The translations under genes and the position numbers were made by a program. A stretch of 64,000 bases of DNA from Felis catus (taxonomy: Eukaryota): the NCBI RefSeq assembly GCF_018350175.1, contig NC_058368.1:30258001-30322000 (forward strand). The letters run 5' to 3'. A model generated the notes under the pieces. That model did not search any database. It worked only from the letters and a program-made list of their open reading frames with translations, and had not been told where the DNA came from. Positions 25,724 to 39,080 of the stretch are shown here, piece by piece; position 1 is the first letter of the stretch, and every line of letters starts with the position of its first letter.

Positions 25724-26539
25724 TGTGATGGTTTGTTTTGTGCGTTCACCTGGTGAGGCCACGTTATTCAATGGCACTTGGGTGTAGGTGTTGCTCTGAA
25801 GGCATTTTGTATTTGGTACATTTGACATCACAGTCCGTTGACTTGACATAAAGGAGATTATCCTTGATAATCTGGGTGGGCCTCATCTAATCAGTGAAAG
25901 GTCTTAAGAGCAAACTGAGCTTTCCCTGATAAAGAGGAAATTCTGCCTGTGGACTGCAGCATGAAGTCTTGCCTGAGAGTTTCCAGCTGCTGCTGGGCTG
26001 CCTGGAGGCTTTTAGACTTGCCCAGCCAGACCTTGTAATTGCTTAAGCCAGTTCCTAGAAATCTCCTCCTACCCACACCCCCCTCCCCATATATATATAG
26101 CATCAGTAGAATATATAGTAGTATGTGTGTGTGTATACACACACACACACACACACACTAGTAGGCTTCTTATAGGTGTGTGTGTATATATATGATGATA
26201 TATATATATCTGATATATATATATATCTGATATATATATATATGATATATATGATATATATATGATATATATATGATGATATATATATGATGATATATAT
26301 ATATGATATATATATGATATATATATGATGATATATATAATTATATATATATGATGATATATATATGATGATATATATATAATTGTATATATATGACATA
26401 TATATAATTATATATATCATCATGTATATATCATTAATATATATCATTATATATATATATATGATTATAGATATGCTTAAAAAATATATGTGTCGTCTTC
26501 TCTTAATTTTGTTTCTCTGGCAGAACCCTGGCTGTTGCA
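25724..26539 (+). mobile_element. ERV-L solo LTR (MLT2D-like) containing an expanded AT minisatellite
   Basis: tgtgatggtt… start; ggagattatccttgataatctgggtgggcctcatctaatcag; gaaattctgcctgtggactgcagc; end gtttctctggcagaaccctggctg…ca. Confidence 0.85.
26089..26490. repeat. AT-rich low-complexity minisatellite, (GATATATATAT)-like units
   Basis: Read directly from the sequence. Confidence 0.95.
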
Positions 26540-26720
26540 CCTAGGAACTGAGCTGACCTTGGGAAAGGACCTTATTCTCTCTGTGCCTCAGTTTCTTCAT
26601 CTATGGAATAAGGGTAGCAATAGCACCCATCTCACAGGCTTGTGGTGAGGATTAAGTGAGTTAACAAATGTGCGTCCTTAGACTGGGGATCGGCACATAG
26701 TAAGCACCCGTTATAATTAC
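26540..26720 (+). mobile_element. MIR SINE (3' part; 5' part at about 25660-25720)
   Basis: ctctctgtgcctcagtttcttcatct…gtgaggattaagtgagttaa…ggcacatagtaagcac. Confidence 0.85.
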
Positions 26721-26989
26721 TAAGCACCTACCGTTTGCTTATGATAGCTGCCGGGGAGAAAAAGGAATAAAAAAGATGAGATACCTGATGTCAAGAAGTG
26801 TGCATTTTTTCAGAGGTTCACAAGGCACAATCACAAGTAAATGTAATCAGAACGTAATCCTAGTGCACACTCGTAATTTGGGAAAGGCTGGCTGGCTCAC
26901 CAGGCTAACTATTCCTAGTGAGGATAGATAATATTTATGTACTATATGCTGAGTAGGATACAATTTCATCTGCTTGCTTTCTGATCCTT

Positions 26990-27830
26990 CCTTTATTCAC
27001 TTGCTGTTTCACTTAGCAAACACTCATTGGGCTCCTACTCTATATTAGGTATAGTTCTAGATGCTAAGGTTATGGTAGAAAATCAGACAGAAGAGGTCCC
27101 CACCTCCTTGTGATATATATTCTAGCAGGGACCACAAACAATATACAAGTAAAAAAAAAAGTGTAATATAATTTCAAGTATGGATCCATTCTATGAAGGA
27201 AGCCAAAGCATGGGAAGAATGGTCAGGGTAGGTCTGGTGACATTTCAGCTGAGACCTGCGGCGGCAGCTTTGCAAACATCTTGCTAAAGATGACTTCCCA
27301 TAAGAAAACCTCAAAAGGCCCTGAGATTGAGAATGATCTTGACGTATTGGAGGAAAATAAAGACGCCTACTGCGGCTGAGTCAGAGCGAACAAAGGGAAG
27401 GCCAGCAAGGAAATGAGGCGAGGAAGGGCAGTGGAGCCCACAACTTACCGAGCCTCTGGGCCATGACGTGGGGTTTTACTTCACGTCAAGCGTGATGGGA
27501 AAATAGTGATGCGTTTTGAGTAGGAAGGGCAGATGTATATCGTAGAGGCTGGAGGAAAAGTCTGGGCTGGGCCGGTGTGGGAGTGGAGAGAAGAGTGAAA
27601 ACAGCGAGTGCAGAGGAGCCACTGGACTAGAACAGGCGTGGGGTGACGATGGCCGCTGTGCAGGAGACGGGACAAGGGGGAGGTGAGAGGTAGGTGAAAA
27701 TCAGAACGGCTTTGGAGGACAGAGACGTGGGATGGGGCCTGAAATCAAGGTGCAGGTGCTGCCTTGACATCTCTGAGCTTCCCAGGGCCTCGCGGGGCCC
27801 AGGATGAGTTCCCGGGCTGTTGCCCACCCA
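26990..27830 (-). mobile_element. L2 LINE 3' fragment
   Basis: agcaaacactcattgggctcctact…ggtgacatttcagctgagacctg…aaaaggccctgag. Confidence 0.75.
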
Positions 27831-28534
27831 GCAGCAAAGCCTCCCCACCTGGGACTTCCTGCCTCAGTTGGACCACCTGCACTCCACCCCCTCCTCAATC
27901 TAACAGGTTTCGCCTCCCTGGCAGCCTGCGAAATTATTCAGATAAACCAATCACATCGTCCCACTGGAACCTGCGGCCACTTCACCCTTTAGTTTCTAGG
28001 ACGCCTGTCCCCCTGCCGCCAGTCCTTGCTTAGTCATTCTGTTCCTGACTACGCCCCCTTGTGGCTCTGCGTGGCAAGTGCGGCCTGTCTACTCTGGGCG
28101 GTGCAGTATGTGTGGCCACTGTCCCCTGTCCAGTGCTGGGTGCTGTGTGTGTGTTTGGCCGTCTCTTACTCTTTAAGGCAGGGGATCCCTCCCTCACCAG
28201 TGGAGTGAATAGGAGGCGACCGGAACAATTGATGTGAAGAACGGAATGGCGCAACCACAACCAAGGGCCTCCAGTCTGCTTTCATACATCGCTCTTTGCT
28301 AATTAACTGGCTCCTGATGAGGCCAGAAGGTCCGAGCTGTGAGTGTTTGGGTGGAGCAGAAACTGAAAGCTGCAACTTCACAGCTGCAGCAAGAAATCCA
28401 AAATACCCTGAAGGGGTTTGTGCAGAGAGAGAGGGAAAAGAGAGTGAGAGAGAAGCCTGCACTGCAGGGAAAGGCAGGGCTGCAGCAGAAGAGGGTTTCT
28501 ATCCAGCAATGTCTGGGGTGTGGGCATAGCCATC

Positions 28535-28750
28535 TTCTTTTTCCTTTTTTAATGTTTATTTATCTTTGTGAGAGAGACAGAGTGCAAGAAGGGGAAGGGA
28601 AGAGAGAGAGGGGGACATAGAATCCAAAGCAGGCTCCAGGCTCTGAGCTGTCAGCACAGAGCCTGATGCGGGGCTTGAACCCATGGGCCGTGAGATCAGG
28701 ACCTGAGTTGAAGTTGGACGCTCAACCAACGGAGCCATCCAGGCGCCCCC
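28535..28750 (-). mobile_element. Carnivore SINE (SINEC_Fc-type)
   Basis: aatccaaagcaggctccaggctctgagctgtcagcacagagcc…ccaggcgcccc. Confidence 0.95.
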
Positions 28751-28781
28751 CACGTTTTCTACTTCTTAAATAAACATTATG

Positions 28782-28798
28782 TATATATATATAACTGG

Positions 28799-28838
<40 letters not shown>
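28782..28838. repeat. (TA)n microsatellite
   Basis: Read directly from the sequence. Confidence 0.9.
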
Positions 28839-28841
<3 letters not shown>

Positions 28842-29899
28842 ACATCACTGTAACTTTCATGCTGTGTTTCCATGTACTTAGGACCCCATGCCCAATACCC
28901 AATATAATTGAAATTACTGACTCCATCCCATCAGCAATCCGTAAATTGTTGCAATTCCAGATTAAGTTGCTATGTTCTGTGCAGTCCCTATGTCAACATC
29001 CCCTAAGCTGTAGTTTGCCTTCAACTCTGAAGGACCATACACACGTTTACCCATGGAGCACTCGAGCAAACTTGCCTTTGCACACGGTCTCTGCAGGGAA
29101 GTTCTTAGCTGCATGTCCCTTACTCAAGGGCACAGATATGGCATTGCATTGATGGAACTTGTCTCTGGAGACATTCATTTGACACACTCATTAAGGACCT
29201 ACAAACAAACTAGCTTACAAAGAGGGGATGGACAGCTGTCCCACACAGAGTGTAATGCCCTATCACCTTGGCTGAATTATTTGGGAAATCAAGAGGTGTT
29301 ATACTCCTGAGACTATCAAAACACTTAAAATTTGAAATTTCACTTAACCCATTTGTGCTGTTACTTGCAAATCAACCCAACTGGGATGCAGCCCCTTCCA
29401 ACAGAAGGCTATAGAATCTGTCCAAATGGAAATCAACAAGAATTTCTGTATTGCTCTTAGAGAGTCTTTCACCATAGAGGCTTCAGCGACTCCTCTCATA
29501 GAGTCTCTGGGTTGCTTATCAGGGGCATAAGTTGCCCATGTGCTTCTGATGCAAGAAACTGCCCTTCCTTGTCCTTGTGTTATACATCATCAGAGTGGAA
29601 ATTGCAGGCCACTTACTGGGATTTCTTGGAAACAGAGGCTCTAATAAACCCCTAGCCTATGACCCTGCATACCATTATGTCTTGGTTCCTGAAAGCAACA
29701 CCCCACAAGTTTGGCACAACTTGTGAGCTTGGGAGAATAAAACAGGCTCGTGTGAAAGGAGGCATTTGAATTGAGCCTCGTTGCAAAGATTCCCATAGCT
29801 AGTGGGGTTGGGATTGTATATTCCAGCAGGAGAAAATAGCAAACCAAGGCAGAAAGTGAGAGAAGCCCAGAATGACAAGTGATTTGGCTTAGCTGATTG

Positions 29900-30375
29900 G
29901 AAATAGAAATAAAGGCTGTGAACATATGCCAGGCCCTGCCTTATCAAAGACCTTGAACGCTAACTAGGTCCATGCCGAGAATTTAAATCTTATCAAGAAG
30001 ACATTAGAGTGTGTTGAAGTTTGCTAGCAGTGATGAAACTTGTGGACTCAGAAGATTGCTCTCCCCCTCTGGGATGTTCAGCATGGAAGGGGGTGTGGTG
30101 GAACTTGTGGGAGCAGGGTGCAGTATTTGCAGCTGTCTGTGGTCAGAAATGATGAGGGTCTTACCTAGAACAGAATCAGGGACAGATGCGAGAGACGTTA
30201 CAACAAGAGAATAACAACAAAACCTATTTGAATGGGTCTTGGTGGGTGAAGGAGAGAGAGAGAAGTTACCCGTGGTTCAAGGTGTGGACAACTTGGAGAC
30301 TGTACAGTCACCAGGAAAGAGAAATAGATCTGAGTTCAAAGGGGATGATTTTAATTTTTGATTTGTAATTTTTTT

Positions 30376-30428
<53 letters not shown>

Positions 30429-30620
30429 ATATTCAGCAGGCTCCGTGCCCAGCATGGAGATCCATGCAGAGCTCAATCTCATGACCCTGGGATCATGACC
30501 TGAGCCGAAATCAAGAGTTGGACCCTCAAGTGACTGAGCCTCCCAGGTGGCCCAAAGGGGATGATTTTAATTTCAGCATGCTAAGTTTGAGATGTGGCCA
30601 TGACTTTTATATTGAAGGAG
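29900..30620 (-). mobile_element. Degenerate L2 fragment interrupted by a SINE
   Basis: L2 internal motifs (gggacagatgcgagagac; catgctaagtttgagatg). Confidence 0.55.
30358..30552 (-). mobile_element. Carnivore SINE (SINEC)
   Basis: Body and head present. TSD caaaggggatgattttaattt at 30337-30357 and 30553-30573. Confidence 0.93.
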
Positions 30621-30739
30621 CAAAAAGTAGGGGCTACCCCTTTGGAAAGAGATGGGGATTCCAGCTCTGGGTTTAGATAGAGAGGCCCCGGCAGTTGCTG
30701 AGGGGACCCTGGAAGAAACTCTCCTGACGTCCCTTCCTC

Positions 30740-31150
30740 CCTCTTCCCCTCCTCACTCTTCTACAGCCACGCCGGCCCCTCCCAGCCTGAGAACATGGGA
30801 GGCCCCCTTTCACATCAGGCCCTTCCCCACTGATAGATGGGCGATCTCCCTCCCTCAAGAATCTGCATGGCTCACTAGCCCCCTTCACTTTATTCAGACC
30901 TCCGCTTCAATGTTCCCTCAGCCAAGAGGCATCTGCTGATCACTCTATCCAGAATGGCACTCCTTCCTCTTCCCTCCTCCATTCTGTGTCCCTCACTCTG
31001 CCTTATTATTCTTCCCAGGACCTCTGAATTTCATATATTTGTATTCTGTGCATCGCGACCTCTGCTAGAATGTAAGCACTGTGAGAGTGAGGGCTTTGTT
31101 TTAGTAAGGCTCTGTCCATGCATCTGGTGCATAGTATACTTAGTGTTGCT
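30740..31150 (+). mobile_element. L2 3' end
   Basis: ctagaatgtaagcactgtgagagtgagggctttgt…tctggtgcatagtatactt. Confidence 0.7.
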
Positions 31151-31469
31151 ATGAAATAGGTGGCAGAGGGGAAGACAGAAATGAGAGAGAAGGAAGATGG
31201 GAAGAACAGGGTCTGAGGCATGGGCAAGCAGCACTCTGTTTATACTCGGCAGCCGGCATCTTGTTGTTCCGTTCACCCTCCTTGTGGCACCCTGATCTCC
31301 CCCTGGTAACCAGCCTCCCTGTCCACTGTCAGCCCATGGTTCAGTCGGTCGGCTCCCGGCATTATGTGATGTGTGATTCAAGTCTGGGCTGGTCACGGGG
31401 TCAAGTTCTAGTGATTGGCACAGGGGCACACAACCGTTCCATTTCGATCCCCCGACAGCACCCGAAGGC

Positions 31470-31680
31470 AGTGTGCGTGGTGGCTAGGAGTCCAGACCCT
31501 GGGTCTTGATGACTGGGCCCAAATGCTCCCTCTATTGCCAATTAGATGAGTGACTCAGGCAAGCTACCTGCCCCCTCGGTGTCTCAGTATAATACAGGAT
31601 TGTTGTGCAGACCCAGTGAGTTGACATAAGGGTAGCTCTTAGACCAGTGTCTGGGACAGAGTGAGGGTTCTGTACGTTAT
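31470..31680 (+). mobile_element. MIR SINE
   Basis: ggagtccagacc…gtgactcaggcaagctacctgccccctcggtgtctcagt. Confidence 0.6.
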
Positions 31681-32859
31681 CATCTGGTGGGGAGAGGCCA
31701 GTGCTCTTTTCTGTTGGATTCAGAGCCAAGGTGCTCTGCAGGTCTTAGACCTGCTGAGGGCCATCTTGCCACCTTGTGGGACCTGCGCATAAAGCCACGT
31801 GGAAGAGAACCGAATTGGGGGATGAAGAAATACTGACTCTTGATGACACCCCTGATTCACTTAAGTACATTGGACAAAGCTTGCCAGCCTATTTGTCACG
31901 AAATAATCAATCAGTACAACTACTAACGTTTCCCTCAGTTTGTTGGGTATCCCTTGTTTCTTTGCTTCCAGTGGTTCTGTGACTTGTCTGAATCTTTTCT
32001 GTTAATACCTCACAGTTCTGGAAAGCACTCACCAAGCTACCTGGCTTGTTTTTTTTGTTTTGTTTTGTTTTTTGTTGGTATCGTGTTGTTGTTCTCCGAG
32101 CCTGGCGTGCTGGGTGGGAGAGACCTCAGAGCTCCCTTTTGTGCTCCTCCTCCGAGTCCAGGGCAAGGTCAGCCCTTCATGTCCTCCATCCGAGGCCCCT
32201 CTGGTGTCCTTTTCTGTTCTGCTGCTTTGCATAAAAAGAACTTCGCGTGCCTCCTTCCACCTTATTTTTCTGTCTCCTTGCTCCACCGTCCGATGCTGCT
32301 TCAGAATGGGGAAGTCCGAGAACTGGGGGAGGAAGAAACAGATATGTGCCGGCCAAATCTGCAGTGGACGTTTGCCCTCTTGGGATCCAGGGTTATGATC
32401 CCTCCACTCACTTGCCTCTTCCCAGACTGTCCTCCCTGTGACTCCATGTCAATCCAGTGCGGGGGAGACACGGCTCTCGGGGTTCTTTATCTTAGCTTTA
32501 AGTGTGGGTATTTCCTGCCATGCTTGTCCCCACTCAGTCGCTAGCACAAGGCTTTGAGCCTGTGGGTGCTCAGTGCCTGCTTCTCCTACTGAGCCGCTCC
32601 TCCCCTCCCCTCAGGTGGGAGGCAAGGAGGAGATAGCATGGTGGCAAGAAGGAACACACAGAACCATTAGGGTCTGTCCAAGAGGGAATAGCCTCAGTGA
32701 AGGAAGAGGCAAGACTCTTCACTCCTCTGAGAGTGAGGAAGAGGTTGGGAAATAAGGAAAGGATGCAGAGCACCTGGGATGGGAAATGGGGAGAATTTCA
32801 ACCGGAGATCATGAAGGACTGACCAGCAGCAGGACCGCCATTCCTGTGGGTGGCGTCAC

Positions 32860-33280
32860 CCTCCACCGCCTGCCCTTCCCTTACTCTCCTTGTCCAGCCA
32901 CGCTGGCTTGCTCTGGACCCTCAGAGACACCAAGCTGTCTTTGACCTCTGGGCCTTCACAGATGCTTTTCTCTGGGCCCAGTTAACAACTCCTGGGTCTT
33001 GGCTCAGGCATCGTTTCCTCTGAGAGACTTCACTTGCCTCAGGCCTTGGTCAGCTGCTGTCGCTTTCTGTGCCTGTAGCTGCCTGAACTTTCCCATTGCC
33101 ATACGCGTCACACTTGATCCTTATTATTTGCGTAATTGTCCTTCTGCTTTGTCAACTGCCAGGGGGTGCCCCAGAAGGACAAGGACGGTGTTTATTCTAT
33201 ATTAATCTCTGCTGTAGCCCAAGGACCCAGCACGTTTCCTGGCCACATTAGATATCCAACACATGTTTGTTGAATGATGA
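32860..33280 (+). mobile_element. L2 3' end
   Basis: ccagccacgctggc…cccagcacgtttcctggccac…atgtttgttgaatgatgaa tail. Confidence 0.7.
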
Positions 33281-35067
33281 ACTCTGGTGGAAATCTTAGA
33301 ATATTCTTAGGGATAATAATTCTAAATCTTTTCTTTTGCAATGGAATTATACCTGCTTAATCTGTTGCTTCTTTCTACCATGTCACATAATGCTAGAGGA
33401 GGGGAGCAGGTCCATTTATGTATTTATGCATAGTGTGTCTGAGCAAAAGCAATCAGCATCGAGGCACCCAACGGTAATGCCATCAATTCAGACTCTTGCC
33501 TTATGAGATAGAAAATTGAGATAGTAATCCACTTAACTCCACTGTGATATTTTTTCCTCTAGTTTAAACCGATTTTTTTTTCCTTCAAGGGGCAACAATG
33601 TCATCCAGAAAATTACTTCAACCTCTGACTTCACATTAGGTATAGTTGTGTAGATGGATCCAGCCACTCCTCTATTGGGCCCGTGTAGATCCGGTGACCT
33701 AAAGGCAGCTGCTTCCGTAACCCAACATGTCTCTTTCAAGCTATCCAATCTGAGAAATTCACTTTCTCATAGAGTCAGCTTTTTGTGTTCTCCCTTCCTG
33801 AACTCTGCAATCTCCCTGCGAAGAGAAGAAGGGACAGCACTGGAAGAGAGTGTAGGTGGCGGGAAGAGAGGGGCAGAGGCGTTCTGTAAATGGGAGCGTC
33901 CTTCATGGTGACAAGTTGCACTGCATGAAAGTGATCTGTGTGTGCGTGATAGCTTCCTTCCTGGTCTCCTTCTGACACTTGGGGATTTATGTCATTGGAG
34001 CTACTCATCTCCCTTAGCTAGGAAATTACAAATGAAGCAGAGAGAAGAGAGTATGGGAGGAAGTGAGGGAGTTTCTGAGTTTGACAAGCAAAAGTAAAGT
34101 TAAAGCAGCCATGACTGGTGCTTTTATAACAGTTTTCAAAGTTGACATTTGAAGTTTATCGTGCTTTCGTTAATGAGGTGTTTGAGTAGAGAAACAACAG
34201 CACTCAAATTAAGTTCAACTAAAGACTCAAAATACCCTCATACGTTTTTGTTTTTATCTTGTCTTCCAGCGACACCCTAAGAGAAATCTGTTCTTAGTGT
34301 TGTCTATGACAACAAACTCATTTCATTGTCTTACTTTTATGCACATGATAGACAACACCGAAGAACTTTTGATATCTTTTCTACATAGACAATTAAGCAA
34401 CTAGAGACTGCCTCCCACCCCTAAAATGAGTTGAACCCATATTTAGTTAGCTTGGGATTTAAGGGCAAGACTGTGGGTGGGGACTAGACACAGCTAATAA
34501 ACCAGAGACTCAGGCTTTATGATTAAAGAAGAATCATGCTGTCTTAATCTTGGATAATCAATTCTCTTTCTTTGTGAAGTGTAAGTCTAGTCTTTGTTGG
34601 GAGAAGTTATAGATTTAGGAGAATGAATCCCAAGAGAAGCAGGAGAGGGTGAGATTCTAAATGCACAAGTAGTTTTTAGTACTTCTCGTATGTAGGGCAT
34701 TACCTGAGGCGGTGGATTAAAAGCAAAATCATGCAAGAGGCAATCCTCATTCTTCTTCCAGTGTTACATAGGTAGCACCGCTACCCTGTAACTATAACTC
34801 AAGGCCGTCTTGCCCTTACTGACTCTCTTAAAGTTAATTTCAGTCTATGGATACACAAACTCAGCAGGAGAATCTCAGGGAAAAAGAATACAGAAAAAAA
34901 AAATCTATCTGATGAGTGTCTTTTAGTGTTCAAGGCACAAAAGGTCAACTATTTCATAGCCCAAGAGCCAAAGTATTTTCAGTGACACTCTGCTTATCAT
35001 ACAGCAAATTGGGGAGGTGGCATTTTTTCCCCTGCCTAACAAATTTTACTAGTTATTTTAGGATTCT

Positions 35068-35069
35068 AA

Positions 35070-35108
<39 letters not shown>
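35068..35108. repeat. (TG)n microsatellite
   Basis: Read directly from the sequence. Confidence 0.9.
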
Positions 35109-35109
<1 letters not shown>

Positions 35110-35204
35110 ATGTTCTGAATTAATGGTTTAAAAGATTCTAAATAATGTGGATATTTTCCAGCATGTTCTCCCGTTGGTCTGCTTAGACTCTGTCTCTACA
35201 TCTT

Positions 35205-35340
35205 GAACAGCAATGACTTCTAAACTTGAATGGTTCTTACCATTGAGTGAGTGTAGCTTTTTAAATTTATAGAGTTGTAAGCCCAGCCCAGGTCTACCCA
35301 GTTAGAATCTCTAGGAGTTAAGCCCATTTTTTTTTTACAA
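35205..35340. mobile_element. MER5A-like hAT fossil (truncated)
   Basis: cccagcccaggtctacccagttagaatctctagg…ttttacaag. Confidence 0.5.
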
Positions 35341-35993
35341 GTGCCCCTCTCAATGCCCATCACCCATTTTCTCCTCTCCCCCTCCCCCACCGCCATCCAC
35401 CCTCAGTTTGTTCTCTATATTTAAGAGTCTCTTGTGGTTTGCCTCCCTCCCTCTCTGTTTGTAACTATTTTTTTCCCCTTCCCTTCCCACATGGTCTTCT
35501 GTTGAGTTTTTCAAGATCCACATATGAGTGAAAATATATGATATCTATCCTTCTCTGACTGACTTATTTCACTCAGCATAATACCTTCCAGTTCCATTCA
35601 TGTTGCTGCAGATGGCAGGATTTCATTCTTTCTCGTTGCCAAGTAGTATTCCATTGTAGATATAAACCACATCTTTATCCACTCATCAGTTGATGGACAT
35701 TTAGGCTTTTTCCATCATTTGGATTGTGCTGCTATAAACATTGGGGTACAAGTGCCCCTATGCATCAGCACTCCTGTATCCTTTGGGTAAATTCCTAATT
35801 GTGCTATTGCTGGGTCATAGGGTAGTTCTATTTTTAATTTTTGAGGAACCTCCATACTGTTTCCCAGAGCGGCTGCACCAGTTTGCATTCCCACCAACAG
35901 TGCAAGAGGGTTCCCGTTTCTCCACATCCTCGCCAGCGTCTATAGTCTCCTGATTTGTTCATTTTAGCCACTCTGACCGGGGTGAGGTGGTAT
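35337..35993 (-). mobile_element. Carnivore/felid L1 fragment (ORF2 C-terminus plus part of the 3' UTR), 5'-truncated
   Basis: ORF 35715-35927 encodes …[25 protein letters not shown]…CTPMFIAA, the L1 ORF2 C-terminal domain. 3' UTR includes aatgcccatcacccattt. Confidence 0.95.
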
Positions 35994-36172
35994 GTATGTT
36001 TATATACATGTTATATGTATGCGTGTATACATATATTCATTGCATATTCTACATGTTTTTAGTATATGTCAATCTCTTATAAATGTAGACTTAAGAATTT
36101 TCTCTAGATGATTTTTCAAGACAGTAGGTAGTTTTTATGTTTTACATATAGGTTATTCAGCATTTTCTGTAA

Positions 36173-36369
36173 GGGGCATCTGGGTGGCTCAGTTGGTTAG
36201 TGTCCGACTTTGGCTCAGGTACGGTCCACCTCGGGCTGTCTGCTGACAGCTCAGAGCCTGGAGCCTGCTTTGGATTCTGTGTCTCCCTCTCTCTCTGTCC
36301 CTCCCCCGCTCACACACTCTCCGTTGCCCTCTTAAAAAATAAATAAACATTAAGAAAATTAAAAAAAAA
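36173..36369 (+). mobile_element. Carnivore SINE with internal deletion
   Basis: Head and cagagcctggagcctg body present. The catgatctc…gttcgagcccc segment is largely missing. Confidence 0.92.
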
Positions 36370-38218
36370 GACTTTCTGCAAGCAGTTTCTAAGGAGAATA
36401 TGAGAATATTTAGTTTTATGCTGTTCCCTGTCATTTGTCAGTCTGTTGGCATTTAGGATGGTGCATGGCACGCATCGGCTGCTCACTAAAACCGTCAGAC
36501 CCATCTCTCTAAAATCGCCGTGCCGACACAAGTATCACAGACCATGTAAGTACATGCTGAGCAGTGATGAAAGGTAAAGAAAATCTCTCAGAGGCCTGTT
36601 CACATCCTTCACGCGTGGCTTCTAAAAGCCGTGTGGGTGCACAGCGGCTGTACCCACTTAGCATGTCTGATTTTGCAAGGTAGAGACGTTGGCTAACACC
36701 AATCAGCTAGGAAAGTCAGGAGGCAAAACGCTATGATGTGGGGGAAGTCATGGAGAGACAGACACTCAGGGAACGTTTGTTTCAGTGCAAGGTCACTGCT
36801 CATTAATACTCGTGCAGATAGCTTATTAACCACCCAGAAAATTCACTTCAAGTTTCCCAGCTACATAATAGTCAAAATCACTACCTGAATATAGATGAGG
36901 AGACGCGGGCTTGCTGCACAGAAAGCTAGAACAGTGTTGTGAACAATAAGCCCCATCGACTCTGAAAGTGGAGATTAGCCCGCTTATGACTGATCCCACC
37001 CTACCCACCCCCCGCCCCCACTACGTGACCCTTCTTTTTCCAGCTTAGGTTTGAAAGCTTTTAAGAGGGATTCAGGATGCTGAGAACTGGCACTCTACAC
37101 CAGAGGGACAGGCTGGAGGAGGAAGAAGAATGTCATCCCCTGTGCAGTGGGAACTTTGCTCTGGGGACCCACTGAGCAGTGACAGTTGGGCATTGGCCAG
37201 TCTTCCAGATCTGCAATCCTTTGGTCCCCTCTAGAGCCTACTGTGACATCTGCTTGCACATTATAGCACTGTAGTGAATGAGTAAATGGAGTTACTCATT
37301 CTAATGTGATTTTTCAAAAATACAATTGAAGCTACCTGACTGTCATGCCAAGTTCATTACCTAATGGGGTGAGGTCAGAGTAGAACTTTACTAACCATAA
37401 TTCCGAGGTGCAAGGTAAAAATAGTAATGGTCTGATAACCCAGACTTGCTTTACCTATGAGCCCCCTTCCCTACGATGGCTGTAAAAACGTCAATTTGTA
37501 AGTTACCTATAGCTCAGTATCGTGTTGTATAAAAAGGGGGTTTATGGTGTTCGTAAGCTCTTTGTCCGAAGTTCAAAGTTCCCATATGTTTTCTTTCAAC
37601 ACAGAGGGCCTTTCTTGCCTCTGTTCTGCAAAAATGCCGTGTGTGTGCAAATAGATGCTTAAGTGTCCACATGGGAGCAGTCTGGGGACCTTTGTTTTAT
37701 TTATTGTCCGTTTGGTCTGCATTCTTTAAGATGTTTCATGCCATCTGATCATTGAACAAGTAAGTGTCCACGGATGGGTGGCTGGTCCTGCCTTGTGCTT
37801 TGGGTGTTGTGTGGGCAGCCACTGCTCAAGTCAGGGGTGATGACCTCTGACCATGAGTTTCCCCACTCTGTGGGTGCTGTCCTGACCCAGGCCTGTCCTA
37901 GTCTACAACTTGGCTCAGTACTAGGGAACCTGCCCACCCCCTACCACCAGCTGGAGCACAGGGCTTCTGGATCCCTGGACTATGGAGAATCCATTCATTT
38001 ACCTAGACATCCATCTACCTAGATGGCTTCCCCAGCCAATTCCACTTCTTACATCTAGTCATCTGACATCATGAGAACCTTGGGCTTCTCTTCTAGGGGG
38101 CTTGCAAATTTCTAGAGAAGTGAGGAGTAACACTTGTAAGGGGTGTCTCTACTGCACTCCTCCACAGAAGTTCTACTCTGATATAAGAGATGGTAGACAT
38201 GTAAGATATTCCTAATAA

Positions 38219-38427
38219 GGGGCACCTGGGTGGTTCAGTTGAGCATCTGACTTCGCCTCAGGTCATGATCTCACGGTTCATGGGTTGGAACCCCATGTTG
38301 GGCTCTGTGCTGATAGCTCAGAGCATGGAACCTGCTTCAGATTCTGTGTCTCTCTCTATCTCTGCCCCACCCTGGATGACACTCTGTCTCTCTCTCCCTC
38401 TCAAAGACAAACATTAACATTTTTTTA
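38219..38427 (+). mobile_element. Carnivore SINE (SINEC_Fc-type)
   Basis: ggggcacctgggtggttcagttg…ggtcatgatctcacggttcatgggtt. Confidence 0.93.
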
Positions 38428-38659
38428 GGATAGTCCTGATTTTTCTCTCCTTTTTAATTTTCTTCTTTCTTCTTTTTTTCTTTCTTTTCCCCCCTCTCTG
38501 TCTTCCACAAGTCCACTCTTCCCTTGAATCTTGGTGGACTCTTTCCTCCCTTTCAGCCTGATGAGTCAGTCCAGATCCCCTCCACCTCCTCCCTCGGAGG
38601 TCCTCACCCACCCCTTTCTTGACTGCGGGATTGGTGAAAGGGCGGTAGGGAAAGAACCT

Positions 38660-39080
38660 GCATTCCTGAAATTACTTTGCTAGGGTTGCTGTAACAAAGT
38701 TCCACAGAGCAGGGAGCTTAAGCAGCAGAAATTTCTCATCTCACAGTTCTAGAGGCCAGAACTCTGAAATCAAGGTGTTGACAGGGGTGATTCCTTTTGA
38801 AGGCTGTGAGAGACAATCTGTTCCAGGCCATCTCCTTGGCTTGTAGATGGCCATTTTCTTCCCTATGCCTTCACACCATTCCTCTCTGTAAGTGTCCATG
38901 ATAAAATTTCCTCTTCTTATGAGGATACCAGTCATATTGGATTAGGGCCCACCCTCTTTTAGCTTGATTACCTCTGTGAAGACCCTATACCCAAATAAGG
39001 TCACGCTTTGAGGTACTAGGGTTTTGGATATCAATATGTGAATTTAGAGGGCAGTGAGGACCTAATTCAACTCCAAATAA
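38660..39080 (-). mobile_element. MaLR LTR (MLT1A/B/C-like)
   Basis: ctagggttgctgtaacaaag…tctcacagttctagaggccaga…ccagtcatattggattagggcccaccct…ccaaataaggtcac. Confidence 0.9.

Noticed and set aside
26103..26540. 145-aa Ile/Tyr-rich ORF
   Set aside because: Translation of the AT minisatellite.
31954..32544. Longest ORF (196 aa)
   Set aside because: Non-ATG start, low-complexity T-rich beginning, overlap with a probable old LTR fragment, and no recognisable domain.
37276..37301. 10-bp inverted repeat gaatgagtaa/ttactcattc (and a 9-bp one at 49053-49076)
   Set aside because: About the number expected by chance in 64 kb, with no supporting context.
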